Shown in pieces: positions 43,920 through 52,690 of a DNA stretch of 64,000 nt. The stretch is from assembly GCA_018900835.1 (NCBI GenBank), contig JAHIFQ010000004.1, positions 21,141 through 85,140 of the forward strand, read 5' to 3'. The notes below the pieces were generated by a model that did no database searches, was not told the DNA's origin, and saw only the letters and a program-made list of their open reading frames with translations. The translations under genes and the position numbers were made by a program. Origin of the DNA: Patescibacteria group bacterium. GTDB lineage: Bacteria; Patescibacteriota; Minisyncoccia; Minisyncoccales; PEYH01. Positions within the stretch are counted from its first letter, which is position 1. Every line of letters starts with the position of its first letter.

Positions 43920-44011
43920 GCAACGAGGCCCGACCTCGTTGTGAGTTTGGAAACCAGGTTTCCAAGATGAGGCTTCCAAAATGATAGATACAAAGAATCG
44001 CTTTTTGAGCG
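43920..44011 (+). repeat. 92-bp direct repeat R1, right copy
   Basis: See 42660-42751. In this copy the 3' end forms the terminator AATCGCT-TTTTG-AGCGATT + TTTTCTTT. Confidence 0.9.
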
Positions 44012-44099
44012 ATTTTTCTTTATTACATAATGGTTTTTTGGTAGAATAAAGATATGAAAAATAAACGACAATCAATAATCAGCGATTGATGATAGATTA

Positions 44100-44152
44100 T
44101 TAATGATTAGTGATTAATAATTAATGATTAGTGATTAATAATTAGTAATTAA
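44100..44152 (+). repeat. 21-bp tandem repeat (TTAATGATTAGTGATTAATAA) x2.5
   Basis: Identical units at 44100-44120 and 44121-44141 plus a partial third, ending 10 nt before the ATG at 44162. Confidence 0.85.
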
Positions 44153-44161
44153 CAGAACCCA

Positions 44162-44731
44162 ATGATTCCAGAAAAATTAACAAACAGAACGATGAGCCGA
44201 ACGAAAGTCATTGCCTTGTCAGGCGACCGAGCTATAAGCTCGTCTTTAATTTTATCCAGCGCCGGGTTTTTTGCCCCGCTATTGTTTTCCCATCCGCAAT
44301 GGTTGATTGGCGCGATAGTCAATGCAATACTTTTTATTTCTGCTGAAAAGCTTAATTTCAAAAAACAGCTGCCAGTTATCATCCTTCCGAGTATCGGCGC
44401 TTGGGCGCATGGAGTTATTTTCGGGCCTTCAACGATTTTTCTTTTGTATTTTCTTCCGTTTATTTGGCTAGGAAATGCGGTTTTAGTTAGGGTTATGTGT
44501 TTGAAAAAAATCAGTCATTGGCCATTTTTGAGTAGAGCTATAATCGCCTCTGTTCTAAAATCGTTTGTATTATTTTTAGTCGCTTATCTCTATATCGGCT
44601 CTCATTTGGTTCCAAAAATATTTTTAACTTCAATGGGCATTATCCAGCTCATCACTGCCATTAGTGGCGGGGTTATCGCTTATTTCGTAATCCATAGCAC
44701 AACCGCAACAAAAAATGAAAGACATTATTAA
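44162..44731 (+). CDS. integral membrane protein (5-6 TM, unknown family)
   Basis: 189-aa hydrophobic ORF overlapping the hydrogenase-like gene by 17 nt. Confidence 0.45.
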   Translation: MIPEKLTNRTMSRTKVIALSGDRAISSSLILSSAGFFAPLLFSHPQWLIGAIVNAILFISAEKLNFKKQLPVIILPSIGAWAHGVIFGPSTIFLLYFLPFIWLGNAVLVRVMCLKKISHWPFLSRAIIASVLKSFVLFLVAYLYIGSHLVPKIFLTSMGIIQLITAISGGVIAYFVIHSTTATKNERHY

Positions 44732-45566
44732 TCTTATCCGAAAAAATAAATCAGTTGCCTTGCTTGCTCCGTCTTTTCCGATTGATTTCAAATACCCGGA
44801 TATTATCGGGATGTTGAGGCATCTTGGCTTTGATAAAGTTACAGAGCTTACTTTTGGCGCAAGAATGGTTAATTGGGCCTATGCTCAATATATTAAAGAG
44901 CATTCAGAACAAGAATTGTTTATCGCCTCGCCATGCCCGACTGTGGTTGCCCTTATTCAGTCGCAATACCCGGAATTTATGAAGTTTTTAATTCCAGTGG
45001 TTTCACCAATGGCTTCAATGGCGAGAATATACAAACAAAGGAATAAGGATTATAAAGTTGTTTTTATATCTCCTTGTTATGCCAAGAAGAATATTGAGGC
45101 GCCGAAGTATAAAAAAATAATAGACGCGGTGATTACTTTTGAAGAATTACAACAAATTTTTGACGCAGAAGGGATTGACGAAAAGGACTTTAACAGAAAA
45201 TACTATTTTGATTCTTTAATCAGAGAATACACAAAAATTTATCCTGTTTCAGGAGGACTGGCTGCCACTTCCCGCATCAGCGAACTTTTTAAGAACAAGG
45301 AAATATTGATAACTGATGGCACAGAGAACATTAAGAAAGCGCTTGAAGATATCAAGTCCGGCAAAAAACAATATAGATTTTTAGATATTCTTAATTGTCC
45401 TGGGGGATGTATCGGAGGTCCTGCCATTAATAACAAAAAACTATCTACAAGAAAGAAAAGAGATATTATATACGACTATACTCGTAAATCATCGGAGCAA
45501 AATATGGGCAAACACCACGGGAAAATTGAGCATGCCGATGATGTTGATTTCAGCGCCAGCCTTTAA
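44715..45566 (+). CDS. [FeFe]-hydrogenase large-subunit C-terminal (H-domain)-like protein
   Basis: Motif positions: P1 FIASPCPTVV (canonical TSCCP), P2 FISPCYAKKNIE (MPCxxKxxE), P3 LDILNCPGGCIGGP (ExMxCxxGCxxG). No N-terminal ferredoxin domains. Confidence 0.6.
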   Translation: MKDIINLIRKNKSVALLAPSFPIDFKYPDIIGMLRHLGFDKVTELTFGARMVNWAYAQYIKEHSEQELFIASPCPTVVALIQSQYPEFMKFLIPVVSPMASMARIYKQRNKDYKVVFISPCYAKKNIEAPKYKKIIDAVITFEELQQIFDAEGIDEKDFNRKYYFDSLIREYTKIYPVSGGLAATSRISELFKNKEILITDGTENIKKALEDIKSGKKQYRFLDILNCPGGCIGGPAINNKKLSTRKKRDIIYDYTRKSSEQNMGKHHGKIEHADDVDFSASL

Positions 45567-45683
45567 TATTCCTCTATTGTTTAAGAATAAAAGTGATATA
45601 ATATATAATATAAAATATTTTTTAACTTTACTTAGAGTCATAATTTTCCCATTTGAATATCGCGAATCATTAATGATTAACTT

Positions 45684-47633
45684 ATGAAATTTTTTAATTT
45701 TGTAATCATCCTAATAGTCTCGTTTTTTGTTTTTAATAATGTTATTTTAGCGAAGGAACCATCGAACAATATCTTCTCGTCTTCGTTGGAACAAGGAAAT
45801 TCTATAGATGAGTCAGCGACTACAGGCGCTGTTGCAATCGTTTCTGGCGTAGCTCAAGATAATAAAAAAGTAGAAATGACTCCTTCTGTCCGGATTATTT
45901 CGCCGACAAAAAATAAAAAGTTAGAGAAAGTTGTTGATATCCAAGTTCAAGTGGAAAACGCTCAGGGTGTTGATTTTTATATTCAGCGATTCGATAGCCA
46001 GATATTAATATATTTGGGGTCGGGAGCTGTTGCTGACCCTTATGCGGATAAGAAGCTCAATATTTGGCACTATTCTTGGAACACTTTGAATACTCCAAAC
46101 GGAGAGTATGATTTTTTTGCCGAGATTACAAATATATATGGCAGCTATAAGAGCGAACTAATTTTAGTTAAAGTTGACAATACAATTGAAAAAACCGTGG
46201 ATTCGTCTTACAAAAAAGAACAAATTGGCAAAATCAGCGAACAACTTCAACAAAAAGAGGAAGCGATAAAAAAGCACACAGATGAGGCAACAAAAGAAAT
46301 TGTCCAAGAAGTGTCTACTCTGGTCAATACATTAGCCGCAGAAATAGGCGGGGAGAGTGGCGGGGGACAAACAAAAACACAATTAGATAAAGAGATGGGC
46401 CTCACGAGCGAAACGATTGATGGAACAATAAAGGACTTGTCTGCCAATATCAAAGAAGAAAAACAAACCAAGCAGGAAATATTAAAAGAGCAAGATAAGA
46501 AAATACTGCTTGAAGAACAAATCAATAAAAAAGAGCAAGAAATAAAAGCCCTTGAAGCGGCAGAACCAGTTGAAATTATGAGAGAAAGGATGGAAGAGAT
46601 TAAACAAGAGAAGAAAGAGATGTTGGAGCAGCAGCAACAGCAAAAAGAGGAGATAGAAAAAGAGGTTCAAGAAAAAGAAAAAAAATTATTAGAAATTGAA
46701 GCAGTCAAGAAAGCAAATAAAAATAAAATAATTGAAGAGTCCTTAAAGCCGATAAACAAGATTGGCCAACAGACAGAAAAATTTGAAGATACGGCGATTC
46801 GGGTTGAAAGCATGACAACAAAAATTCAAGAGAAAATAGCTAATTTCGAAGAAACTATTGGAAGAGAAGAGGAGACAAGAGCGGCGCTCACCGAGGAAAT
46901 GATAAGAGACAGCGATGGCGACGGATTACCGGACGCCTTAGAGGTTGAGCTTGGAAGCGACCCATTAAACCCCGACAGCGATGGCGATGGCTATATGGAT
47001 GGAGAAGAAGCGGCATTAGGGTCTGACATCATGGAGCCATCTAAGAGGAATGAGGTCGTGTATCAAGACCCAAGAAAAGTAAAACCCCAAAAAGCAGATA
47101 TTTTTACCATTGAGAAAGTAGGCATTAAAAAATCCGAAATAACAAATAAGTCAATTCTCCGCCTTGAAGGCAATGGCCTTCCCAATACCTTTATCTCTAT
47201 TTATATCTATTCATCCTTGCCTATAATTGTGGTCACTAAAGTGGATGCTAACGGAAGATGGATTTATGAGCTTGATAAGCCATTGGATCCCGGTCAGCAT
47301 GAGGTTTATGTGGTTTTAACCAATAATCACGGAGAGATAACCGCCAGGTCAGAATCATTTAATTTTATAAAATCCGGAGCCAATATTTTACATTTAATTC
47401 CCGAAGTTTGGGCGCAAGAAACAGGTAAAGTGGCAGAAGACATAGCTTCTCCTTACGAAATTCTAAAAAGAAGTTTTATCATTCTTACCTTAGCTATTAT
47501 TACTTTAGCTATTGGGGTTGCCCTTCTTCTGGTGGGCATTCTAAATAAAAAAGAATTAAAGATGAACATTTCTTCTTTAAGCCCGGCAATCAGAGACAAA
47601 AAGAAGGGAAAAATTAAGAAGATTAAGAAATAG
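45684..47633 (+). CDS. surface protein: signal peptide, Ig-like domains, long K/E coiled coil, TSP3-type Ca-binding repeats, C-terminal TM anchor
   Basis: Signal MKFFNFVIILIVSFFVFNNVILA; DSDGDGLPDALEVELGSDPLNPDSDGDGYMDGEE; C-terminal helix IILTLAIITLAIGVALLLVGIL followed by a basic tail. Confidence 0.55.
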   Translation: MKFFNFVIILIVSFFVFNNVILAKEPSNNIFSSSLEQGNSIDESATTGAVAIVSGVAQDNKKVEMTPSVRIISPTKNKKLEKVVDIQVQVENAQGVDFYIQRFDSQILIYLGSGAVADPYADKKLNIWHYSWNTLNTPNGEYDFFAEITNIYGSYKSELILVKVDNTIEKTVDSSYKKEQIGKISEQLQQKEEAIKKHTDEATKEIVQEVSTLVNTLAAEIGGESGGGQTKTQLDKEMGLTSETIDGTIKDLSANIKEEKQTKQEILKEQDKKILLEEQINKKEQEIKALEAAEPVEIMRERMEEIKQEKKEMLEQQQQQKEEIEKEVQEKEKKLLEIEAVKKANKNKIIEESLKPINKIGQQTEKFEDTAIRVESMTTKIQEKIANFEETIGREEETRAALTEEMIRDSDGDGLPDALEVELGSDPLNPDSDGDGYMDGEEAALGSDIMEPSKRNEVVYQDPRKVKPQKADIFTIEKVGIKKSEITNKSILRLEGNGLPNTFISIYIYSSLPIIVVTKVDANGRWIYELDKPLDPGQHEVYVVLTNNHGEITARSESFNFIKSGANILHLIPEVWAQETGKVAEDIASPYEILKRSFIILTLAIITLAIGVALLLVGILNKKELKMNISSLSPAIRDKKKGKIKKIKK

Positions 47634-47673
47634 AAATTCAGACGCCCTTTCTGGATTTAATCAAACTAAAAAA

Positions 47674-49020
47674 ATGTTCGGCATTTTAATTAAGGGAGCA
47701 AAATTCATAAGGAAAAATCCAAGCCTGCTTTTTTCTTTGCTTTTGATTATAGTAATACCAGCTTTGGTATTTTTTATTACTTCTTTTTTGGCAAAATCAT
47801 TTCAGGACAACATAGACCTTACCTTGCAAAAACAAGCGATAATGATTCAAGATGTTTTATCTCCTTATGTGCTTGAGCATTATAGTCAACCGGAAATATT
47901 ACAAGAAAGATTAAAATATTTAGCCGAAAATAATTCTGACCTTAAAAAAATTAGGGTTTTCGTTCCGGCTGAAGGAGACAATTTTAGAATAGTCGCTTCT
48001 AATTTAGAAGAAGAAAAAGACGAAGAAATATCCGAAACCCCCCTTACTCTTGCCTGGCACAAAGACCAGGCTATCGCTTTTTTAAGTCGGGAAGAAGGCA
48101 TAAGGTTTTGGAATGTTATAAGTCCCGCCTATAATAACGCCCAGGAGAAAATTGGAATGACGGGCATCGCATTGTCTTTAAAAGAGGCCGACGATTTGGT
48201 TACTCAAGGGCTGCAGAAGGCCTATATTTTTGTAACTATTGCTATTATTTTGATTTTGAGCTTGATTATACATCATACTCGCCTTTTTCAATATGTAAGC
48301 TTATTTAGGAAGTTGAGCGAGATAGACAGAGCTAAAGACAGCTTTATGAATATGACAGTTCATGAATTGCGTTCGCCAGTGGTAAATATAAGAAATTATA
48401 TATTAGAACTCAAAAAAGGAATCTTTCATCTATTGAGTAGTGAGCAGAAGCTTGATTTAAATAGAATAGAACTTTCGGTTAACCGTTTTGATAATCTGAT
48501 TTCAGATGTCTTAAATGTTATACAGATTGAACAGGGCAGACTATCTTTTGATTCAGAAGTCGTTTTACCCTGGCAACTTATCAATGAAGTGGTGGAAGAA
48601 TTAAGATTTAAGATCGCTAAGAAGGGCTTAAAAATTAATTTTATTCAACCGGGTACAGTGGACAAAATTATGGTCAACCCTAATCGCTTCAAGGAAGTAA
48701 TCTATAATCTTCTTGATAATGCCATTAAATATACTCCCAAGGGCGAGATAAACATAATTACGGAAATAAATTCTTCCAAGGGGAAGTTTTATATTACAAT
48801 CGCCGATACTGGTCTAGGAATTTCTGCTGAAGATAGCATTCATCTCTTTGAAAGATTTTATAGAGTGAAGAATCGGGAAACAGCTGATATAGAGGGAACT
48901 GGCTTGGGATTATGGATCGTAAAGCAAATTTGCGCAAAGATGGATGGGAAAATTTTATTAGAAAGCATTAAGGGTGTTGGCTCGAAATTTGTTTTAATTT
49001 TCCCGTTGGTGAAAAGTTGA
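47674..49020 (+). CDS. membrane sensor histidine kinase
   Basis: Two TM helices flank a ~150-aa outer domain; H-box MTVHELRSPV; NLLDNAIKYT; GTGLGLWIVK. Confidence 0.85.
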   Translation: MFGILIKGAKFIRKNPSLLFSLLLIIVIPALVFFITSFLAKSFQDNIDLTLQKQAIMIQDVLSPYVLEHYSQPEILQERLKYLAENNSDLKKIRVFVPAEGDNFRIVASNLEEEKDEEISETPLTLAWHKDQAIAFLSREEGIRFWNVISPAYNNAQEKIGMTGIALSLKEADDLVTQGLQKAYIFVTIAIILILSLIIHHTRLFQYVSLFRKLSEIDRAKDSFMNMTVHELRSPVVNIRNYILELKKGIFHLLSSEQKLDLNRIELSVNRFDNLISDVLNVIQIEQGRLSFDSEVVLPWQLINEVVEELRFKIAKKGLKINFIQPGTVDKIMVNPNRFKEVIYNLLDNAIKYTPKGEINIITEINSSKGKFYITIADTGLGISAEDSIHLFERFYRVKNRETADIEGTGLGLWIVKQICAKMDGKILLESIKGVGSKFVLIFPLVKS

Positions 49021-49191
49021 TAATGCCTTATAAGGTATATGACGAAGGTTACGCCATAATCTTGGCAGACACATAGGACTACAAAACAGACTTTTTTTGC
49101 TATAATGATTTAAAGAGAAAAAAGGTCGGGTTAGAGTTAATCATTTATTAGTGATTAGTGATTAGTGATAAATAATTAATAATTTTTAAAC

Positions 49192-49455
49192 ATGCCAGAA
49201 GAAGAAATTGAAGGAAAATTAATAGGTAAAATCATTCATTTTTTTGATAAAATTCAAGTTGCGGTGATTGAGCTTGTTGGTCCCTTGAAAACAGGAGACA
49301 CGATTAGAATTGTCGGTGGCGATACGGACTTTGAACAAACAGTGGAATCGATACAGGTTGACCATAAAGAAATAAAAAAAGCCAAAAAAGGCGATGAGGT
49401 CGGATTAAAGATTGCTGAAAAAGCAAGGGACGGCTATCGCGTTTATAAAGTTTAA
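49192..49455 (+). CDS. small EF-Tu domain-2-like beta-barrel protein ('translation elongation factor-like')
   Basis: 87 aa: IGKIIHFFDKIQVAVIELVGPLKTGDTIRIVG..KGDEVGLKI. Confidence 0.5.
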   Translation: MPEEEIEGKLIGKIIHFFDKIQVAVIELVGPLKTGDTIRIVGGDTDFEQTVESIQVDHKEIKKAKKGDEVGLKIAEKARDGYRVYKV

Positions 49456-49482
49456 GAAATTTAAATAAAGATTTTCTCAAAA

Positions 49483-50604
49483 ATGACAGCTTTTTGGAAA
49501 GCGTTAACTGTTTTTGTTAGCACAATTATAGGGGTAGGCATATTCGGTTTGCCATGGGTCGCTGCTAAAAGCGGATTTTTTGTTTTATTAGGGTATTTTT
49601 TAATATTGGGAACAGTGGCGATTCTTGTCCATTTGATTTTGGGAGAGATTGTGGTCGGAACAAAAGAGGAACGCCGATTTCCGGGCTATGTTAAACAATA
49701 TTTAGGCAAAAGATGGGGCACAGTTTCTTTTATTGCTATGTGCGCTGGGCTTTTTGGCGCGCAACTTGCCTATTTGGTTGTTGGAGGCGGATTTTTAGCC
49801 AATATTTTGAGCCCTTATCTCGGCGGAAGTGTTTTAATTTATGTTTTATTTTTTTTCGCCATCGGAAGCTTGTTAATCTACAGAGGCATCAAGAGTATTT
49901 GTTTGACAGAATTTCTGATTCTTATTCTTTTCTTGGGTATCCTCGTCTTCTTTGTCGTTAGGGCGCTGCCATATATCAATCCAGTTAATTTTTTACAAGT
50001 TGACCTTAAATATATTTTCCTGCCTTATGGGGTAATCGTCTTTTCTTTGTGGGGTTCGGCTATTTTACCAGAAGTTAAAGAGATTCTGGGGAAAAGGAAA
50101 AAGGACCTAAGAAAAGTCATTATATCAGGCATAATTATTTCAGCCATCGTTTACCTTATTTTTATTATTGCGATAATGGGAGTTAGCGGACAAGGAACTT
50201 CTGAAGATGCGATTTCCGGATTTGGTTCAATTGTTGGTGGGAATGTTTCAAGAATAGGATTTATTTTCGGACTACTCACTTGTTTTAGCTCTTATTTGAT
50301 GCTTGGGCTCACTTTAAAAAAGATTTTTTGGTATGACATGAAGATGTCAGAAAAAACCTCTTGGACAGTTGCTTCTTTCGTGCCAATGGCCATGTTTCTT
50401 TTCGGGGCAAGGGAGTTTATTAATATAATCGGCTTTACCGGCGCGCTCGCAGGCGGCGTAGAGGGCTTTACTCTTATTTTCCTCTACAGGAGTTTTGTGA
50501 AAAAGAAAAAAGTAGGCAAAAAAATGAATCCCCTCTATTTTCTGTTAGCTATATTTTTCGTTTTAGGAATGGTTGCAGAAATTTCTCATTTTTTCCGTGG
50601 ATAA
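49483..50604 (+). CDS. amino-acid permease-like transporter (aromatic amino acid/Trp-Tyr permease-type)
   Basis: About 11 TM helices; N-terminus FVSTIIGVGIFGLPWVAAKSGF. Confidence 0.5.
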   Translation: MTAFWKALTVFVSTIIGVGIFGLPWVAAKSGFFVLLGYFLILGTVAILVHLILGEIVVGTKEERRFPGYVKQYLGKRWGTVSFIAMCAGLFGAQLAYLVVGGGFLANILSPYLGGSVLIYVLFFFAIGSLLIYRGIKSICLTEFLILILFLGILVFFVVRALPYINPVNFLQVDLKYIFLPYGVIVFSLWGSAILPEVKEILGKRKKDLRKVIISGIIISAIVYLIFIIAIMGVSGQGTSEDAISGFGSIVGGNVSRIGFIFGLLTCFSSYLMLGLTLKKIFWYDMKMSEKTSWTVASFVPMAMFLFGAREFINIIGFTGALAGGVEGFTLIFLYRSFVKKKKVGKKMNPLYFLLAIFFVLGMVAEISHFFRG

Positions 50605-50699
50605 TTATAGATATTTTTAAAAAGGTTATTGTTTTTATGGCCTTTTTTATTTTTGGATAAATAGCTTGACAGGATGTTTTTAATGATTAAAATTAAAAT

Positions 50700-51212
50700 G
50701 TGGCGGAAAATCCATTAAAGCTCATAAGAGCAAAAGATATGGACTTAGAAAGAGAAATTTATCTCACAAAAGAAGGACTAAATAAGCTTGAGCAAGAATA
50801 CGAGGAACTCAAGGCCTTGAAAAGTCAAAGGACAAAAGAAGATGCCCCCACAACAGCAGCTTCTTTAGAAGTTGATTCTGAATATTTAGCATTTCAGGAT
50901 GATTTGAATTTGTTAGAATCGAGAATCGCTGACCTGGAAACCATTTTAAAGAATTATAAACTAATAACACCGCCCAGCAAGGGCGTTCATAGGGAGGTCT
51001 TATTAGGCACGACAGTCATTGTGGAAGTGGAGGGGCAAGAAGATGAATTTACGATAGTCGGTTCATTAGAGGCAAATCCTATGCTTGGCAAAATCAGTAA
51101 TGAATCGCCTGTTGGCAGAGCGCTTTTGGGCAGAAGAACAGGGGAAGAGGTGAGAGTCCAATCAGCAGTTGTGACTATTTATAAAATTAAGAAAATTACA
51201 TATAGGATTTAG
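50700..51212 (+). CDS. greA: GreA/GreB-family transcript cleavage factor
   Basis: YLTKEGLNKLEQEYEELK coiled coil and the C-terminal ISNESPVGRALLGRRTGEEVRV. The start is uncertain (GTG at 50700 or ATG at 50739). Confidence 0.75.
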   Translation: MAENPLKLIRAKDMDLEREIYLTKEGLNKLEQEYEELKALKSQRTKEDAPTTAASLEVDSEYLAFQDDLNLLESRIADLETILKNYKLITPPSKGVHREVLLGTTVIVEVEGQEDEFTIVGSLEANPMLGKISNESPVGRALLGRRTGEEVRVQSAVVTIYKIKKITYRI

Positions 51213-51253
51213 AATTAAACGCAAAAGAGGGCTATGCCCTCTTTTAAAATCCA

Positions 51254-52606
51254 ATGAGTTCGTTGCTTGACTTTTTTATAAAACTCGGGAAATTAAAAAT
51301 CAATGGAAGGAAGGGTTGGGTTCTTTGTGGCATAGAAGACCCGGCAGCAACCGCTGACCATATTTTTAGGTCAGCTATTCTGGGTTGGGTTTTGAACAGT
51401 ATGAATAAGAAAAAAGAGTTAAGCGATGCCAAAATCATTAAGAGTATTTTAATTCACCACTTGCCAGATATCTATATCGGCGAAGAGACCCCCTATGATT
51501 CTTTGCTCCCGAAAGATATAAATCCCCAAAAAGACCAGGACTTAATTAAAGAAATACTTAAGAAATTTCCGCAGGGTTCAACTGGATTAGAGAAAAAGAG
51601 AGCTGTTCAGAGGCAGAAACTTGAAGAGAAAACATTTCATAGGATTGTGGTAAAATTGCCAAATGAAATTAAAAAAGAACTGGGGGACTTATGGTTAGAG
51701 TTAAATAAAAGAAGGACGAAATTGAGCAAATTCACATGGGAATCAGCCAAACTGGAAAGCTATCTTCAGTCCTTGGAATATTGGAGAAAAGAGGGAAAGG
51801 TTCAATATAAATTATGGAATAAATGGGTTAAAAAGAATCTAAAAGAGTCCTTTATAATAAAATTTCGGAAAGAAATAGATAGGAATTTAATAGATAAGCG
51901 CAGAAAATGTGAAAAAGACGCTTTGTGCGAAATGGTCCATTTTTTAAAGGAGGTTGGTAAATTAAAATCTTTGAAAAGGACAGGATGGGTTTTGGCTCAA
52001 GCCAAGAGACCGGAAAGTGTTGCTCAACATACTTTTCAAATGACAATAATGAGTTGGGTGCTTGGGAAAATGAAAGGATTAGATACTGACAGAATCGTTA
52101 AAATTGCTTTAGCCCATGATTTGTGTGAGGTTTATGCCGGCGACCAATCGCCGTATGACCCAATACTCGTTCCAAATTTAAGCAAAGAAGAGGTTCTTAA
52201 AATAGTTAGGAAACCAGCCAGAGTGCCGCATTCCCAACGGTTAGTATGGTTATTGCAAAAAAAGGAAAAAGAATGGAAGGCAGTTGTTAAGTTGACATCT
52301 TTGTTGCCAAAAGAGTTAAGGGAAGAAATAATAAATTTATGGTTAGATATTGAGGAGGGGACAACCAAAGAAGGTAGATTTGTAGCGCAAGTAGATAAGA
52401 TGGTCAATCTTTTTCAGGCCATTGAGTATTGGAAAAAGGACAAAAGCTTTCCGATTTTGCCATGGTGGATATTGATAAAAGAGCGAGTTGATGACCCGAT
52501 TTTGTTAAGATTTGTTGACGAATTGGATAAAGAGTTTGCCATAGCAACTAAGGTATCTGAGAGAGATAAGAAATCCAAGAAAACCAAGAGTCCAAAGAAA
52601 AAATAA
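51254..52606 (+). CDS. tandem HD-domain (YfbR-like) protein
   Basis: Two homologous halves: GKLKINGRKGWV..TADHIFRSAILGWVL..LIHHLPDIYIGE, and GKLKSLKRTGWV..VAQHTFQMTIMSWVL..LAHDLCEVYAGD. Confidence 0.55.
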   Translation: MSSLLDFFIKLGKLKINGRKGWVLCGIEDPAATADHIFRSAILGWVLNSMNKKKELSDAKIIKSILIHHLPDIYIGEETPYDSLLPKDINPQKDQDLIKEILKKFPQGSTGLEKKRAVQRQKLEEKTFHRIVVKLPNEIKKELGDLWLELNKRRTKLSKFTWESAKLESYLQSLEYWRKEGKVQYKLWNKWVKKNLKESFIIKFRKEIDRNLIDKRRKCEKDALCEMVHFLKEVGKLKSLKRTGWVLAQAKRPESVAQHTFQMTIMSWVLGKMKGLDTDRIVKIALAHDLCEVYAGDQSPYDPILVPNLSKEEVLKIVRKPARVPHSQRLVWLLQKKEKEWKAVVKLTSLLPKELREEIINLWLDIEEGTTKEGRFVAQVDKMVNLFQAIEYWKKDKSFPILPWWILIKERVDDPILLRFVDELDKEFAIATKVSERDKKSKKTKSPKKK

Positions 52607-52690
52607 TTTTATGTTTAAATTTTTTTTAAAGCCCTGTTAGGGGCTTTTCGCTTTTTCTGTGACAAGAAGATGTGATAAAATGGATTTAAT

